DNA from: Leptospiria bacterium
Lineage (GTDB): Bacteria > Spirochaetota > Leptospiria > Turneriellales > CBDBES01
NCBI GenBank assembly: GCA_965262015.1
Contig: OZ253494.1
Location: forward strand, 353,240-417,239
Length of the DNA: 64,000 nt
Direction of reading: 5' to 3'
Shown here: positions 27,123-37,886 of the stretch, piece by piece
Position numbering within the stretch: position 1 is the stretch's first letter
Layout: every line of letters begins with the position of its first letter
Notes under the pieces: generated by a model
What the model saw: the letters and a program-made list of their open reading frames with translations, nothing else
Database searches by the model: none
Told to the model about the DNA's origin: nothing
Translations under genes and position numbers: made by a program

Positions 27123-28318
27123 GAAAAGTCAATTCCAGAATTAGACAGTTTAAGGTGTTCATAAGCCGTTCTTCTTAAAAAAATTAAAATTAAGGAGAAC
27201 GACCAATGAAAATATACAACGAAAATCGAATACTTATACAGAAGTATTTAGCATATGAGTTATAGAGGAATAGCTCAAAAAATAAATATATCAAGATCTG
27301 CTGTTTTTTATGAGATAAAAATAAAATCAATCAATGACATATATAAGGCTAAAGATACACAATACCTTACTGAAAAGAAAAGATATTATGCAAATCATTA
27401 AAGAGCAAAGTACCATAACATAGAACTAATGACATAGATAGAAAAATATCTTAAAATGAACTAGTCACCAAAAGCAATTAGTCTATACCTAAAAAACAAA
27501 AATATCACATGAAACACTCTATAAAATTATATTCTATTTCAAAGGTAATACTTTGTGGCGTTTTGGGATATAGATATAAATATCTAGAGGTTAAAAATAA
27601 AAAAGGGCACCTGAGAGGCCATATGAGCCCATACAAAGCTCTAAAAAACTATTTTAGGTCTATTTTATTTATAGCATGGAAAATAGTATGAAAAAAGCAT
27701 TTGGGGGTATAGGGAATAGACACCATGCACATACAAAATGGATATATTGCTGTGGTTGTAGAAAAAATATCTAGAAAAATTATGACAATGCTTATACCTA
27801 ATCTAAAAGCAGAAACATTATTAGCTTCATGGAAACAGTTGTTTTCTCAGGTAGATAATATCTGGGCTATCATCTGCAACAAGGGAACTAAAAATTTACA
27901 GAGAATGCTAAAAATACCTTTTAGCTTAGGAAGGTGGATAACAAAAAAACTTTCTGTGTGAGCGAGGTAAATAAGAGATTTATTTGCAGATATAAACACG
28001 ATACAGAGCGTTACATTCGATAATGGTTCTAAGGTTTGCAGAGTTTAAGAATATGGAAGAATATCTTAACTGCAAGGTCTATTTTACGGATATATTTTCT
28101 CCTTGGCAGAGAGGTCTTAATGAATATAGCAATAGATTGATTAGACAATATCTAAGAAAGGGAACAGATTCTCGGTATGTCACACAAAAATATCTTGATG
28201 AGATTATACATAAAATAAACTCAAGACCATGAAAAAGATTAAGCTACTTAACACCTAACAAGGTATTTTAAAGAGTAAAGCTTCAATTTGCACTTCAAAA
28301 TAGAACTTATTGACTCTC
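27123..28318 (+). mobile_element. IS30-like element, copy 2 (about 1.2 kb, transposase inactivated by a stop and frameshifts)
   Basis: Left end 'GAAAAGTCAATTCCAGAATTAG' at 27123; right end '...CTTATTGACTCTC' at about 28318. The HTH part 'MSYRGIAQKINISRSAVFYEIK' runs into a TAA at 27398-27400 where copy 1 has CAA. The DDE signatures 'TFDNGSK' (28015-28035) and, after a +1 shift, 'FAEFKNMEE...FSPWQRGLNEYSNRLIRQYLRKGTD' are IS30-family hallmarks. Confidence 0.75.
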
Positions 28319-28398
28319 TAATACCCTGCCATATGCATTAAATAAAAACTATTGACATATTGTATTATTGTCTTTGGTTTGGGTAGAAGGGTTGATTG

Positions 28399-29514
28399 AT
28401 GAGTTTTTTGTTTGAGCATAATATTACAGATAGGCAGTCTAAGATTATGCATGCGATTATCCATGAGTACTTATTAACTGGGGAACCTGTTGGCTCCAAA
28501 GTGCTTGTCAAGGATTATATTAAAGACGTTTCATCCGCCACAGTTCGTAAAGAAATGTCTGTTTTAGTACAGATGAATGTAATTATTGGTCAGCATATTT
28601 CATCTGGTCGTATACCTACGGATGAAGCAATACAATGGTATGTAGATGAGTTAACCAAACTTTACCAAATCAATCAAGAACATAAGGAACAAATAGAAAG
28701 TGTGTACAGTAATGTAAGGCTACATTTTGATACATTGCTTGATAAAATGGTTGGAGTGTTAGCTTCTATTTCCAAGAGTTTGGCTATAGTTTTGGCACCA
28801 CGTTCTTCAGGTATTTCTCTTGAGAGGATTGAGCTTGTGGCTGTGACAGATACGCTTGTTTTAATTATTATGATTAGTGATTCTGGTGTTGTTTTTCAGA
28901 AAAAGATACAGTTAAAACAATTTGTTAATCAAGAAGAACTATATAAAATTAGTCGCTATATTAATCGAAATTTGAAAGGTTATGAGCTTACGGATCTACA
29001 TAATAAAAATTTCTCTTTCTTGATTGAACAATCACCTTTAGAACATAACTCAAATGAAATCTTGTTATCTGTTGTACAAAATCTAGTTTATGATCCTCCT
29101 GATCAGGATATACATATGGAAGGTAAAAGCTGTTTTTACAAGACTATGCATTGTATGCAAGAAAGTAAAGAGGCGGAAGAAATTGTACAAGTTCTCGAAG
29201 ATAAAACATTGCTTAAAAAGATTATTAATCGCTCTATTAAATCCAATGGCGTAAATATTAGGGTGGGCTTACCCATTAGCATTGGCAAGAGAGTCCCTGG
29301 TCTCTCTTTGTTAACTAAAAATTACACAGTTGGTGGTAAAGAAGTGGGGGCTATTGGTATCATTGGTTCTATACGTATGCCTTATGAAAAACTCATACCT
29401 ACGATTGACTACAGCTCCATGCTACTATCTAATATGCTAACACAGCAAAGTGAATTAAATTCTACCAATCATACTAATGATAGCTTAGATAGGTTATTAC
29501 TCGGTAGAGATTAA
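28399..29514 (+). CDS. hrcA: heat-inducible transcription repressor HrcA
   Basis: 'ITDRQSKIMHAIIHEYLLTGEPVGSKVL', 'VSSATVRKEMSVL', 'HISSGRIPTDEAIQWYVDEL'. First gene of hrcA-grpE-dnaK-dnaJ. Confidence 0.9.
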   Translation: MSFLFEHNITDRQSKIMHAIIHEYLLTGEPVGSKVLVKDYIKDVSSATVRKEMSVLVQMNVIIGQHISSGRIPTDEAIQWYVDELTKLYQINQEHKEQIESVYSNVRLHFDTLLDKMVGVLASISKSLAIVLAPRSSGISLERIELVAVTDTLVLIIMISDSGVVFQKKIQLKQFVNQEELYKISRYINRNLKGYELTDLHNKNFSFLIEQSPLEHNSNEILLSVVQNLVYDPPDQDIHMEGKSCFYKTMHCMQESKEAEEIVQVLEDKTLLKKIINRSIKSNGVNIRVGLPISIGKRVPGLSLLTKNYTVGGKEVGAIGIIGSIRMPYEKLIPTIDYSSMLLSNMLTQQSELNSTNHTNDSLDRLLLGRD

Positions 29515-29520
29515 GGAGAA

Positions 29521-30213
29521 ATGATGCAAGAAAATGATTTAAAGTTAGAATCTCTTGATACTAATGAACAAGATACTGATGACCTGTGTAGTAAGGTAGT
29601 AAATGAAATTTTAGAAGATAAAGATATAGACTCTAATCAAGCAGATACTAATATAGATATTTCTGAAGAGAATATAATTCTTAAGCAACTAGAAGAAAAA
29701 GTAGAAGAGTATAAAAATAATCTTTTAAGAGAAAGAGCTGAATTTATTAATTATCGCAAAAGAGTTAGCGAAGAAAAACGCCAATTGGAAGATTCCGCTA
29801 TTAGTAAATTTTTGATTTCCATGTTACCCATATTAGATGCGTTTGATCACACATTCCAATCTACTGAAGAATTTGAGAATCAAGTAGATCCAAATAAAGC
29901 CACTAAATTAGATTCATTTTTACAAGGTGTTAAATTAATTCAAAAACAGCTTGTCCAGGTGTTTACTGATTATGGAGTAGTAGGCTATAGTCCTGAGGGT
30001 GATAAATTTGATCCTACCTTGATGGAAGCTTTGCACATACAAGATTCAGACGAAACTGATTATGAGATTGTGCAGTCTGTTTACCAAAAAGGATATCGAA
30101 TAAAAGAAAAGGTTTTACGCCCTGCAAGAGTAGTAGTGTTACAGCCTACCTCTAGTCATGGAGATAACACGGAAGAAGATAAACAGAATATAGTTGATTC
30201 TACCTCTGAATAG
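29521..30213 (+). CDS. grpE: nucleotide exchange factor GrpE
   Basis: Acidic N-terminus, coiled-coil 'LLRERAEFINYRKRVSEEK', 'LPILDAFDH', 'GDKFDPTLMEAL', 'GYRIKEKVLRPARVVV'. A Shine-Dalgarno 'AAGGAG' lies just upstream. Confidence 0.9.
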   Translation: MMQENDLKLESLDTNEQDTDDLCSKVVNEILEDKDIDSNQADTNIDISEENIILKQLEEKVEEYKNNLLRERAEFINYRKRVSEEKRQLEDSAISKFLISMLPILDAFDHTFQSTEEFENQVDPNKATKLDSFLQGVKLIQKQLVQVFTDYGVVGYSPEGDKFDPTLMEALHIQDSDETDYEIVQSVYQKGYRIKEKVLRPARVVVLQPTSSHGDNTEEDKQNIVDSTSE

Positions 30214-30304
30214 TAGCATGAAAATAATTTTGTGTTCTATACCCTGTACTGGTATAAGTCACTCGAGTAACAGTTGGTATGATTAATTTTGTAAGGAGTA
30301 TGTT

Positions 30305-32263
30305 ATGAGCAAAGAAAAAATAATTGGTATTGATTTAGGTACAACAAATTCATGTGTTGCAATTATCGAAGGTGGAGAGGCAACAGTCTTAGCAAACTCA
30401 GAAGGGACGCGTACCACGCCATCAATTGTTGCTTTTACGGGTAAGGACGAGACTTTGGTGGGTCAAGTTGCTAAGAATCAAATGATTACTAATCCAAGTA
30501 GAACAATTCGCTCCATTAAAAGATTTATGGGGAGAAAGTATAGTGAAATTCATAATGAGATTAATCTAGTCCCTTACAAAGTGGAGAAGAGCAGTAGTCA
30601 AGCCATTACAATTAATGTAGATGGTGAAGAATATAGACCTGAAGAAATATCCGCTCGTATTTTACAAAAAATGAAACAAACAGCAGAGGCTTATATTGGC
30701 TCTACAATTGAAAAAGCCGTTATTACTGTACCAGCATACTTTAATGATGAACAGCGACAAGCTACAAAGGATTCAGGTAAAATCGCTGGTCTAGATATCG
30801 TGCGTATTATTAATGAACCTACTGCTGCCGCTCTTTCCTATGGAATAGACAAAAAAAATAATGATGAAACTATTGCAGTCTATGATCTGGGAGGAGGTAC
30901 ATTTGATATATCTATTCTAGAGTTAGCAGATAATGTTTTTGAAGTTAAGTCTACTAATGGCGACACACGTCTAGGTGGTGATGACTTTGATCAGGCCATT
31001 ATTCAATGGATTGTTGCTGAATTTAAAAAAGAATCTGGAATTGATATTAGTCAGGATAAAATGGCACAACAACGTCTTAATGAAGCAGCTGAAAAAGCAA
31101 AGGTTGAGTTGTCAGGTAAAGAAACGGCAGATATTAATATACCTTTTATTACTGCAGATCAATCGGGCCCTAGACATCTTGATTTAAGACTAACACGAAC
31201 TAAATTTAATCAACTCACAGAGGAATTAGTTAGAAGAACAGTCATGCCATGTGAAAATGCACTTAAAGACGCAGGAATTAGTGCTTCTGATATTGATGAG
31301 ATAATTTTGGTGGGAGGCTCTACTCGTATACCAGCTGTACGTGAAAAAGTGAAAGAATTATTTGGTAAAGAACTTAATCAAAGTGTTAATCCTGATGAGG
31401 CAGTTGCCATCGGTGCTGCAATCCAAGGTGGCGTATTAGCTGGTGATGTAAGTGATGTCCTTTTGTTAGATGTCACACCATTGTCTCTAGGTATAGAGAC
31501 ATTGGGTGGTGTAATGACAAAGATCATACAAAGGAATACAACAATACCAACAAAAAAGAAAGAGGTATTTTCTACTGCTGCTGATAATCAAACATCTGTT
31601 GAAATACATGTGTTGCAGGGCGAGAGAGAAATGGCTAAAGATAATCGTACCCTAGGTAGGTTCCATTTAGCTGATATTCCTCCATTACCTAGAGGTGTAC
31701 CTCAAATCGAAGTTAGTTTTGATATTGATGCCAATGGAATTGTGAACGTATCTGCTAAGGATGTTAAAAATGGTCAGGAACAAAAAATTCGTATCGAGGC
31801 TACTAGTGGAATTTCTGAAGATGAAATAAAGGATATGGTAGCTAATGCAGAAAAATTTGCTGAGGAAGATAAGCAAAATGCAGAAATTGTGAAAGCACAT
31901 AATGAATTGGATAACTTAATTTATACTGTAGAAAAAGGAATGAACGAAGCAAAAGATCTGGATAAAAATATTCAAGCAGAAATACAAACTGTTATGGATA
32001 CAGCAAAGGAGAGTACGTCCTCTAGAGACTTGGTTTCATTACAACAGGCTAAAGAGAATGTTACGAATATTATGAATAAGTATGCGTCACAGTTGTATAA
32101 TCAAGGTACTGCGGATTCATCCAATCAAGCACCAACAGATGATCATAGTGATACAGGTGATGCTGACAAGCCTCAAGAGAATAAAGACAAGGAAGACAAG
32201 AGTAAGGTGATTGATGCAGAATTTGAAGAAATTAATGATGATGCAGAAACTGGGAAAAACTAA
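30305..32263 (+). CDS. dnaK: molecular chaperone DnaK (Hsp70)
   Basis: '[14 protein letters not shown]', '[19 protein letters not shown]', '[14 protein letters not shown]', '[13 protein letters not shown]', '[15 protein letters not shown]'. Confidence 0.99.
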   Translation: MSKEKIIGIDLGTTNSCVAIIEGGEATVLANSEGTRTTPSIVAFTGKDETLVGQVAKNQMITNPSRTIRSIKRFMGRKYSEIHNEINLVPYKVEKSSSQAITINVDGEEYRPEEISARILQKMKQTAEAYIGSTIEKAVITVPAYFNDEQRQATKDSGKIAGLDIVRIINEPTAAALSYGIDKKNNDETIAVYDLGGGTFDISILELADNVFEVKSTNGDTRLGGDDFDQAIIQWIVAEFKKESGIDISQDKMAQQRLNEAAEKAKVELSGKETADINIPFITADQSGPRHLDLRLTRTKFNQLTEELVRRTVMPCENALKDAGISASDIDEIILVGGSTRIPAVREKVKELFGKELNQSVNPDEAVAIGAAIQGGVLAGDVSDVLLLDVTPLSLGIETLGGVMTKIIQRNTTIPTKKKEVFSTAADNQTSVEIHVLQGEREMAKDNRTLGRFHLADIPPLPRGVPQIEVSFDIDANGIVNVSAKDVKNGQEQKIRIEATSGISEDEIKDMVANAEKFAEEDKQNAEIVKAHNELDNLIYTVEKGMNEAKDLDKNIQAEIQTVMDTAKESTSSRDLVSLQQAKENVTNIMNKYASQLYNQGTADSSNQAPTDDHSDTGDADKPQENKDKEDKSKVIDAEFEEINDDAETGKN

Positions 32264-32281
32264 TAATATAGTTTTTGTTAT

Positions 32282-33412
32282 ATGTCACGGGAACAACGAG
32301 ATTATTATGAGATTCTAGGAATCTCCAAACAAGCTTCTTTAGATGAAATCAAAAAAGCCTACCGAGCGTTAGCTATCAAATATCACCCTGATAAAAATCA
32401 GGGTAACAAAAAGGCAGAGATGAAATTTAAAGAATCTACTGAAGCATACGAGGTCTTGAGAGATGATAAGAAAAGAGATATCTATGATCGCTTTGGTCAT
32501 GATGGACTTTCAGGTTCTGCTTCTCAAGGTGGTGGTTTTGGTCAAGGAGCCTACACAGATTTTACAGATATTTTTTCTGGGACAAGCTTTGAAGATATTT
32601 TTGAAAATATCTTTGCGGGAAGTGGTTTTAGCTTTGGACGCAGTAGTTATGGTACGCAATCACGACAAGGTTCAGATCTTAGATATAATTTAGAAATTAA
32701 TCTTGAAGATGTTTATTATGGTAAAGATATTACTATACAAATACCGAGAGAAGAGCATTGTGATACCTGCAATGCTACAGGTTCTGCAGATGGCAAGGAA
32801 ACTATTTGTACAACCTGTGGTGGTGCTGGACAAGTAAGACGTACTTCAGGCTTCTTCTCAGTCGCTTCTACTTGCCCTGCTTGTAATGGCCAAGGTAAAT
32901 CAATTGCTTCTCCATGCCTTAAATGTCGTGGGAAAGGCGTGGTTAGTAAGGTTAAACAGTTACAGATCCGTGTACCCAAAGGAGTGGAATCGGGCACACG
33001 CTTAAAAGTTACAGGAGAAGGTGAAGCAGGATTGCATGGTGGATCAAGAGGTGATCTTTATGTTGTACTTAAAGTTAAACAGCATTCCACCTTTGAAAGA
33101 GATGAAGCAAATATATTTATAGGAGTAGAGTTACCTATGATTACTGCTGTGCTTGGTGGTGATATTAGTGTGCAAACATTGTCTACCAATCAGGTACGGC
33201 TTAAAATTCCACCGGGGACACAACCTAATACGCAGTTTAGAATAAAAAATAAAGGATTGCCATTATTATCTAGTAATACTCGTTACGGGGATATTATTGT
33301 GGAAATTAATATTACTATACCTAAGAATATGAGTAGCAAGGCAAAAGGTTTATTTAAAGAATTAAAAACAGAACTAGAGAACGCAAAAGGTGCCTTTAGT
33401 CGTTTTACCTAA
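32282..33412 (+). CDS. dnaJ: co-chaperone DnaJ (type I, with Zn-finger domain)
   Basis: J-domain '[33 protein letters not shown]', a G/F-rich linker, and four CxxCxGxG motifs ('CDTCNATG', 'CTTCGGAG', 'CPACNGQG', 'CLKCRGKG'). Confidence 0.96.
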   Translation: MSREQRDYYEILGISKQASLDEIKKAYRALAIKYHPDKNQGNKKAEMKFKESTEAYEVLRDDKKRDIYDRFGHDGLSGSASQGGGFGQGAYTDFTDIFSGTSFEDIFENIFAGSGFSFGRSSYGTQSRQGSDLRYNLEINLEDVYYGKDITIQIPREEHCDTCNATGSADGKETICTTCGGAGQVRRTSGFFSVASTCPACNGQGKSIASPCLKCRGKGVVSKVKQLQIRVPKGVESGTRLKVTGEGEAGLHGGSRGDLYVVLKVKQHSTFERDEANIFIGVELPMITAVLGGDISVQTLSTNQVRLKIPPGTQPNTQFRIKNKGLPLLSSNTRYGDIIVEINITIPKNMSSKAKGLFKELKTELENAKGAFSRFT

Positions 33413-33666
33413 TGCCCGATCAACTAGATATTATTAATCTTCAAGTTCCTGATATTGGTAGAAGTACTGAGATTAAACTGCTTGTATGGAATAAGCAGGA
33501 AGGTGAAGTAATAGATGTTGGTGAAGAAATATGCGAATTGATGAGTGACAAAGCTCATTTTTCTCTTGAAGTTCCTGTTGAAAGTACACTATATAAAATT
33601 ATTATGCCTGAAGATAGTATTGTTAAGGTTGGAGAAGTTATAGGTCAACTAAAGACTATATCTTGA
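33412..33666 (+). CDS. stand-alone lipoyl/biotinyl-attachment domain protein
   Basis: 84 aa. 'VPDIGRSTEIKLLVWNKQEGEVIDVGEEICELMSDKAHFSLEVP...GEVIGQL' is an E2-type lipoyl-domain pattern with a candidate modified Lys in 'SDKA'. The start overlaps the dnaJ stop (TAATG). Confidence 0.6.
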   Translation: MPDQLDIINLQVPDIGRSTEIKLLVWNKQEGEVIDVGEEICELMSDKAHFSLEVPVESTLYKIIMPEDSIVKVGEVIGQLKTIS

Positions 33667-34796
33667 AATAAACGCTCTGCATGTTCTAAACAAGATAAGT
33701 TAATATCTTGTTTAGTAAAAAATACATGAGGTCCACGAAAACCATTGAATTCAGAAGCATAGACTGAACTGTAAGCACCCGTGCCCATAAAATATATGTT
33801 ATGGTGGACATCCATAATAGGTAACTTTACCGTATATAACTTATCAAGGGCATCACAGGTAGGTCCACATAAAACTTGTTTATATAACTTACCCTCGGCA
33901 TTAGTTATGATGGGGTACTGTATGCCTTCCATAGTCTCCATCATACCAGAGAAAAGGCCTGTGTTAAGAAACACCCATGGTATTTTTTTTCTTATTGTGA
34001 CTCCAATAATATTGGCCTTCAATACGCCAGCAGAACCGATAATAAATCTACCAGGTTCCGCTATAATATTTTGAATAGAAATATGTTTATCATACTTTTT
34101 CCACTTTTGTATATTATCATAGATGACCTTTGCAATCTGCTCTACAGTTGGTACTTTGTTGTTAAGTTGTATGGGGAAGCCACCACCAATATTAAGAGTA
34201 TCTAGATAAATACCATTCTTATATCCTAATTTTAAACAGCGATAAGTATAATTCATAGCTTTTTGCCAAGTTTGGATGGTTTCACATTGTGAGCCAACAT
34301 GAAAGGACAATCCAACTAAAGACAACTGATATTTTTTGACATAATCAAAAATAACCTGCCAATATGGTTCTTCACAACCAAATTTATGGTTCAGAGGCCA
34401 TAGTGCACCATTATTAGGAACGTATATTCTTAAATGCAGTTTGACCTGGGAATGATAATCTTGAAATTTAGATAATTCTTGAATAGAATCTATGGTATAA
34501 TGTATAATACCTTTAAAGACAGCCTCTTGAATGGCATTTTTACTTTTAACTGGGTTACTAAAAATAATTTTATCAGGTGGTATATTTAATTGTAGTAAAG
34601 TTTTTATCTCAGCATATGATGAACTTTCAAAGTTAGCACCTTGTTGAAATAAAGTCTTTAGAATGGTTGGATGTGGATTAGCTTTAACTGCATAAGCAAC
34701 TAACACACCAGGAAAAGCCTGACTAAAAGATTTGTAATTAATTATTAAACGATTTAAATTAATTGCTAGAAGTGCTGGTGGCTCAATATTATTCAT
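33645..34796 (-). CDS. PLP-dependent ornithine/lysine/diaminopimelate-type decarboxylase (alanine-racemase-fold, ODC-like)
   Basis: 'VAYAVKANPHP' (PLP Lys), 'LSFHVGSQ', 'LNIGGGFP', 'AEPGRF', 'VLCGPTCDALD', 'GAYSSVYASEFNGF'. Substrate cannot be assigned by eye. Confidence 0.8.
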   Translation of the reverse strand: MNNIEPPALLAINLNRLIINYKSFSQAFPGVLVAYAVKANPHPTILKTLFQQGANFESSSYAEIKTLLQLNIPPDKIIFSNPVKSKNAIQEAVFKGIIHYTIDSIQELSKFQDYHSQVKLHLRIYVPNNGALWPLNHKFGCEEPYWQVIFDYVKKYQLSLVGLSFHVGSQCETIQTWQKAMNYTYRCLKLGYKNGIYLDTLNIGGGFPIQLNNKVPTVEQIAKVIYDNIQKWKKYDKHISIQNIIAEPGRFIIGSAGVLKANIIGVTIRKKIPWVFLNTGLFSGMMETMEGIQYPIITNAEGKLYKQVLCGPTCDALDKLYTVKLPIMDVHHNIYFMGTGAYSSVYASEFNGFRGPHVFFTKQDINLSCLEHAERLFQDIVFS

Positions 34797-34919
34797 TTTT
34801 AGAGATTAACACTGATTTAGTTTTAAATAAATACGTAAATTATTTTATTTAAATATAAAAATTAAGCTTTTCAAAACTTATGATATATTTAATGGGGAAG
34901 CCCTATTGGAGATAAGGTT

Positions 34920-36812
34920 GTGGATGAAATTGTAGATATTAGGCAGGTTCAATTTACTCTAGATGCACAGGTGCAAGGTAAGCAAGCTAAAAAACAATAT
35001 AGGCTTAAAGAGGCTATTGTTCGTTTTGCAGGTGATTCTGGTGATGGTATACAACTTGTAGGCAATCAGTTTACACACACCACAGCTATTCAAGGTAATG
35101 ATTTATCTACTTTTTCTGATTTTCCAGCTGAGATTAGAGCACCTGAGGGCACGATTGCTGGGGTTTCTGGATTTCAAATTCATTTTTCTTCAAGAGATAT
35201 AGCTACCCCAGGGGATCTAGCAGATATTATAGTTGCCATGAATCCTGCTGCCTTGAAAGCCAATATACCATATATCAAAAAAGATGGTGTAATCATCATT
35301 AACGAAGATACTTTTACAAAAGCTAACTTATCAAAAGCTGGGATGGATGCAGATCCTCGAGAGAGTTCTGAATTTTCTAGTTATCGTTATATTGCGATCC
35401 CTATTAACCAATTAACAATCAAAGCGTTAAAAAATGTAGATGTTAAAGATAAAGACAAAGAAAAGAGTAAGAATATGTTTGCTCTTGGTGTTACATACTG
35501 GCTTTTTGGGCGTACGATAGAATCAACTGTCAAATGGATTGGAAAAAAATTTCATAATAAACCTTTGATAGCAAAAGCAAATACGGTAGCATTGAAAAGT
35601 GGCTATAATTTTGGCGAGACAACCGAACTATTACCTGTCCATTTTTCTGTACCCAGTGTCAAATTAGAGCCAGGTATATATCGAAATATCACTGGTAATG
35701 AAGCTTTATCCTTGGGTTTAATTACAGCTTCAAAACTATCCCATACACCTCTCTTACTAGGGGCTTATCCAATTACACCATCATCTGATATTTTACATTA
35801 TTTATCTAAATATAAGCATTTTAGAGTACGAACCTTTCAAGCTGAAGATGAAATTGCAGCTTTATCTTCTGTTATTGGTGCTTCTTTTGCAGGTTATATT
35901 GGTGTAACTGCAACATCTGGGCCAGGCTTCGCTCTTAAGAGTGAAGCCTTAAATTTAGCGGTTATGATGGAATTACCTGTTGTTGTTATAAACTTGCAGC
36001 GTGGTGGTCCATCAACAGGGTTACCAACTAAAACGGAACAGACAGATCTTTTACAAGTGATGTTTGGTAGAAATGGAGAATCTCCATTGTGTGTTATTGC
36101 TGCAAAAAGTGCTTCGGATTGCTTTTATAAGGCTGTATGGGCTATAAAAATCGCTACTCACTATATGGTACCCGTTATTTTATTATCAGATTCTTATTTA
36201 GCAAATAGTGCTGAGCCCTGGAAATTACCTAAAATTTCTGAGCTTCCACCAATTGATATCAAGTATCATGATAATTCTGAAGAATTTTATCCATATAGTA
36301 GAGATGAATCCAATCTAACCAGACCATGGGCTATACCAGGTACTCCTGGTTTAGAACATAGAGTGGGGGGATTAGAAAAAGAAAATATTACGGGTAACGT
36401 AAACTATACACCCCAAAATCATGCTGATATGGTAGAACTAAGAGCTAAAAAAGTTAATAAGATACAGGCCATGATCCCTCCCATTAACATAGAAGGTGAT
36501 AGTAAGCAGACAGAGACTCTTGTTATTAGTTGGGGATCTACCTATGGTGTAGTAAAAGATGCTGTTACACAAATGATACAAGATAGTAATGCCAAGTTAG
36601 CACATGTACATCTTGATTTTATATCTCCTTTCCCAAGTGATATCAAAGATATAGCTAACCAGTTCAAAAATATATACGTTGCTGAACTAAACACTGGCCA
36701 ACTTGCCCTGCTACTAGAGCATGAGCTAGGTAGAACAGTACAGAAAATTAATAAAGTGACAGGTCATCCATTCTTTATTCATGATATTGTTGACAGTCTT
36801 AATGCATTATAG
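34920..36812 (+). CDS. korA: 2-oxoglutarate/2-oxoacid:ferredoxin oxidoreductase subunit alpha (gamma-alpha fused type)
   Basis: GTG start with GGAG 8 nt upstream. 'RFAGDSGDGIQLVGNQF', 'FPAEIRAPEGT', 'LGAYPITPSSDI', 'TATSGPGFALKSEALNLAVMMELPVVVINLQRGGPSTGLPTKTEQTDL'. Confidence 0.85.
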   Translation: MDEIVDIRQVQFTLDAQVQGKQAKKQYRLKEAIVRFAGDSGDGIQLVGNQFTHTTAIQGNDLSTFSDFPAEIRAPEGTIAGVSGFQIHFSSRDIATPGDLADIIVAMNPAALKANIPYIKKDGVIIINEDTFTKANLSKAGMDADPRESSEFSSYRYIAIPINQLTIKALKNVDVKDKDKEKSKNMFALGVTYWLFGRTIESTVKWIGKKFHNKPLIAKANTVALKSGYNFGETTELLPVHFSVPSVKLEPGIYRNITGNEALSLGLITASKLSHTPLLLGAYPITPSSDILHYLSKYKHFRVRTFQAEDEIAALSSVIGASFAGYIGVTATSGPGFALKSEALNLAVMMELPVVVINLQRGGPSTGLPTKTEQTDLLQVMFGRNGESPLCVIAAKSASDCFYKAVWAIKIATHYMVPVILLSDSYLANSAEPWKLPKISELPPIDIKYHDNSEEFYPYSRDESNLTRPWAIPGTPGLEHRVGGLEKENITGNVNYTPQNHADMVELRAKKVNKIQAMIPPINIEGDSKQTETLVISWGSTYGVVKDAVTQMIQDSNAKLAHVHLDFISPFPSDIKDIANQFKNIYVAELNTGQLALLLEHELGRTVQKINKVTGHPFFIHDIVDSLNAL

Positions 36813-36851
36813 AAGTCCATGTACTACAAAACTTTTCAATAGGATATACAT

Positions 36852-37877
36852 ATGACAACAGAACAAGCTATGGCTACTTATACTCGTAAGGATTTTATTT
36901 CTAATCAGGAAATCCGTTGGTGTCCTGGTTGTGGTGATTATTCTATCCTTGCAGCTGTGCAGAAAGTGCTACCAGAGATCATTACTAAAAAGGAAAATCA
37001 AGTTTTTGTTAGTGGTATAGGCTGTTCTTCTCGTTTTCCTTATTACATGAACACATATGGAATGCATAGTATTCATGGCAGGGCACCTGCTTTTGCTACC
37101 GGAATTAAAATGATGAATCCAGAGTTAGATGTTTGGGTGATTACAGGAGATGGAGATTCTTTAAGCATAGGGGGAAATCATTTGATACATACTCTCAGAC
37201 GAAATATTAATATTAATATACTATTATTTAATAACCAGGTGTATGGTTTGACAAAAGGGCAATATTCGCCCACTTCTAAGGAAGGTTCGCAGCTTAAGTC
37301 TACTCCTTATGGTAGTCTTGAAACTCCACTGGCACCCCTTAAACTCGCCCTAGGTGCTGGTGCAAACTTTATTTCTCGTTCAGCTGATATTTTAGGTAAA
37401 CATATGCAAAATGTACTTAAAAGAGCATATTTCCATAAAGGTACGTCGTTGATTGAAATTTTACAGAATTGTCATATTTTTAACGATAAGATATTTTCTG
37501 ATGTTCTAGATAAAAATGTGAGAAGTGATAAACTTCTAATGCTTGAAGATAATAACAGTATGATTTTTGGCAAAGACCGCAATAAATGTATTGTATTTAA
37601 TGCCTGTCAGATGAAGTTAGAAGTATGTGATGTCAAAGATGTGAATCAAGCAGATATCTTGGTTCACGATTCTAGTAATCCAAATCCGTATATCCACTTT
37701 ATGTTGGCTAGTATGTCGCAACCCGAATATCCAGTGGCAATGGGAGTGATTCGTAGCGTAGAGTCTCCGTGCTATGAAGATAGATTACATCAACAAGAGA
37801 ATAATTTAATTAGTGAGTTAGGAGAAGGGACAATAGAGTCGCTTCTATACAATGAAAATACCTGGACAGTAGAGTAG
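36852..37877 (+). CDS. korB: 2-oxoglutarate/2-oxoacid:ferredoxin oxidoreductase subunit beta (TPP-binding)
   Basis: 'WCPGCGDYSIL', 'SGIGCSSRFPYYMNTYGMHSIHGRAPAFATG', 'GDGDSLSIGGNHLIH', 'NNQVYGLTKGQYSPTS'. Confidence 0.85.
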   Translation: MTTEQAMATYTRKDFISNQEIRWCPGCGDYSILAAVQKVLPEIITKKENQVFVSGIGCSSRFPYYMNTYGMHSIHGRAPAFATGIKMMNPELDVWVITGDGDSLSIGGNHLIHTLRRNININILLFNNQVYGLTKGQYSPTSKEGSQLKSTPYGSLETPLAPLKLALGAGANFISRSADILGKHMQNVLKRAYFHKGTSLIEILQNCHIFNDKIFSDVLDKNVRSDKLLMLEDNNSMIFGKDRNKCIVFNACQMKLEVCDVKDVNQADILVHDSSNPNPYIHFMLASMSQPEYPVAMGVIRSVESPCYEDRLHQQENNLISELGEGTIESLLYNENTWTVE

Positions 37878-37886
37878 CTATTTAAA

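Noticed and set aside
28319-28395. CIRCE operator (TTAGCACTC-N9-GAGTGCTAA) upstream of hrcA, and at 30214-30304 upstream of dnaK
   Set aside because: Only weak partial resemblances were found ('TTTGCACTTC' at about 28288 inside the IS end; 'GTCACTCGAGTAAC' at about 30259). Neither has the correctly spaced inverted partner, so no CIRCE call is supported.
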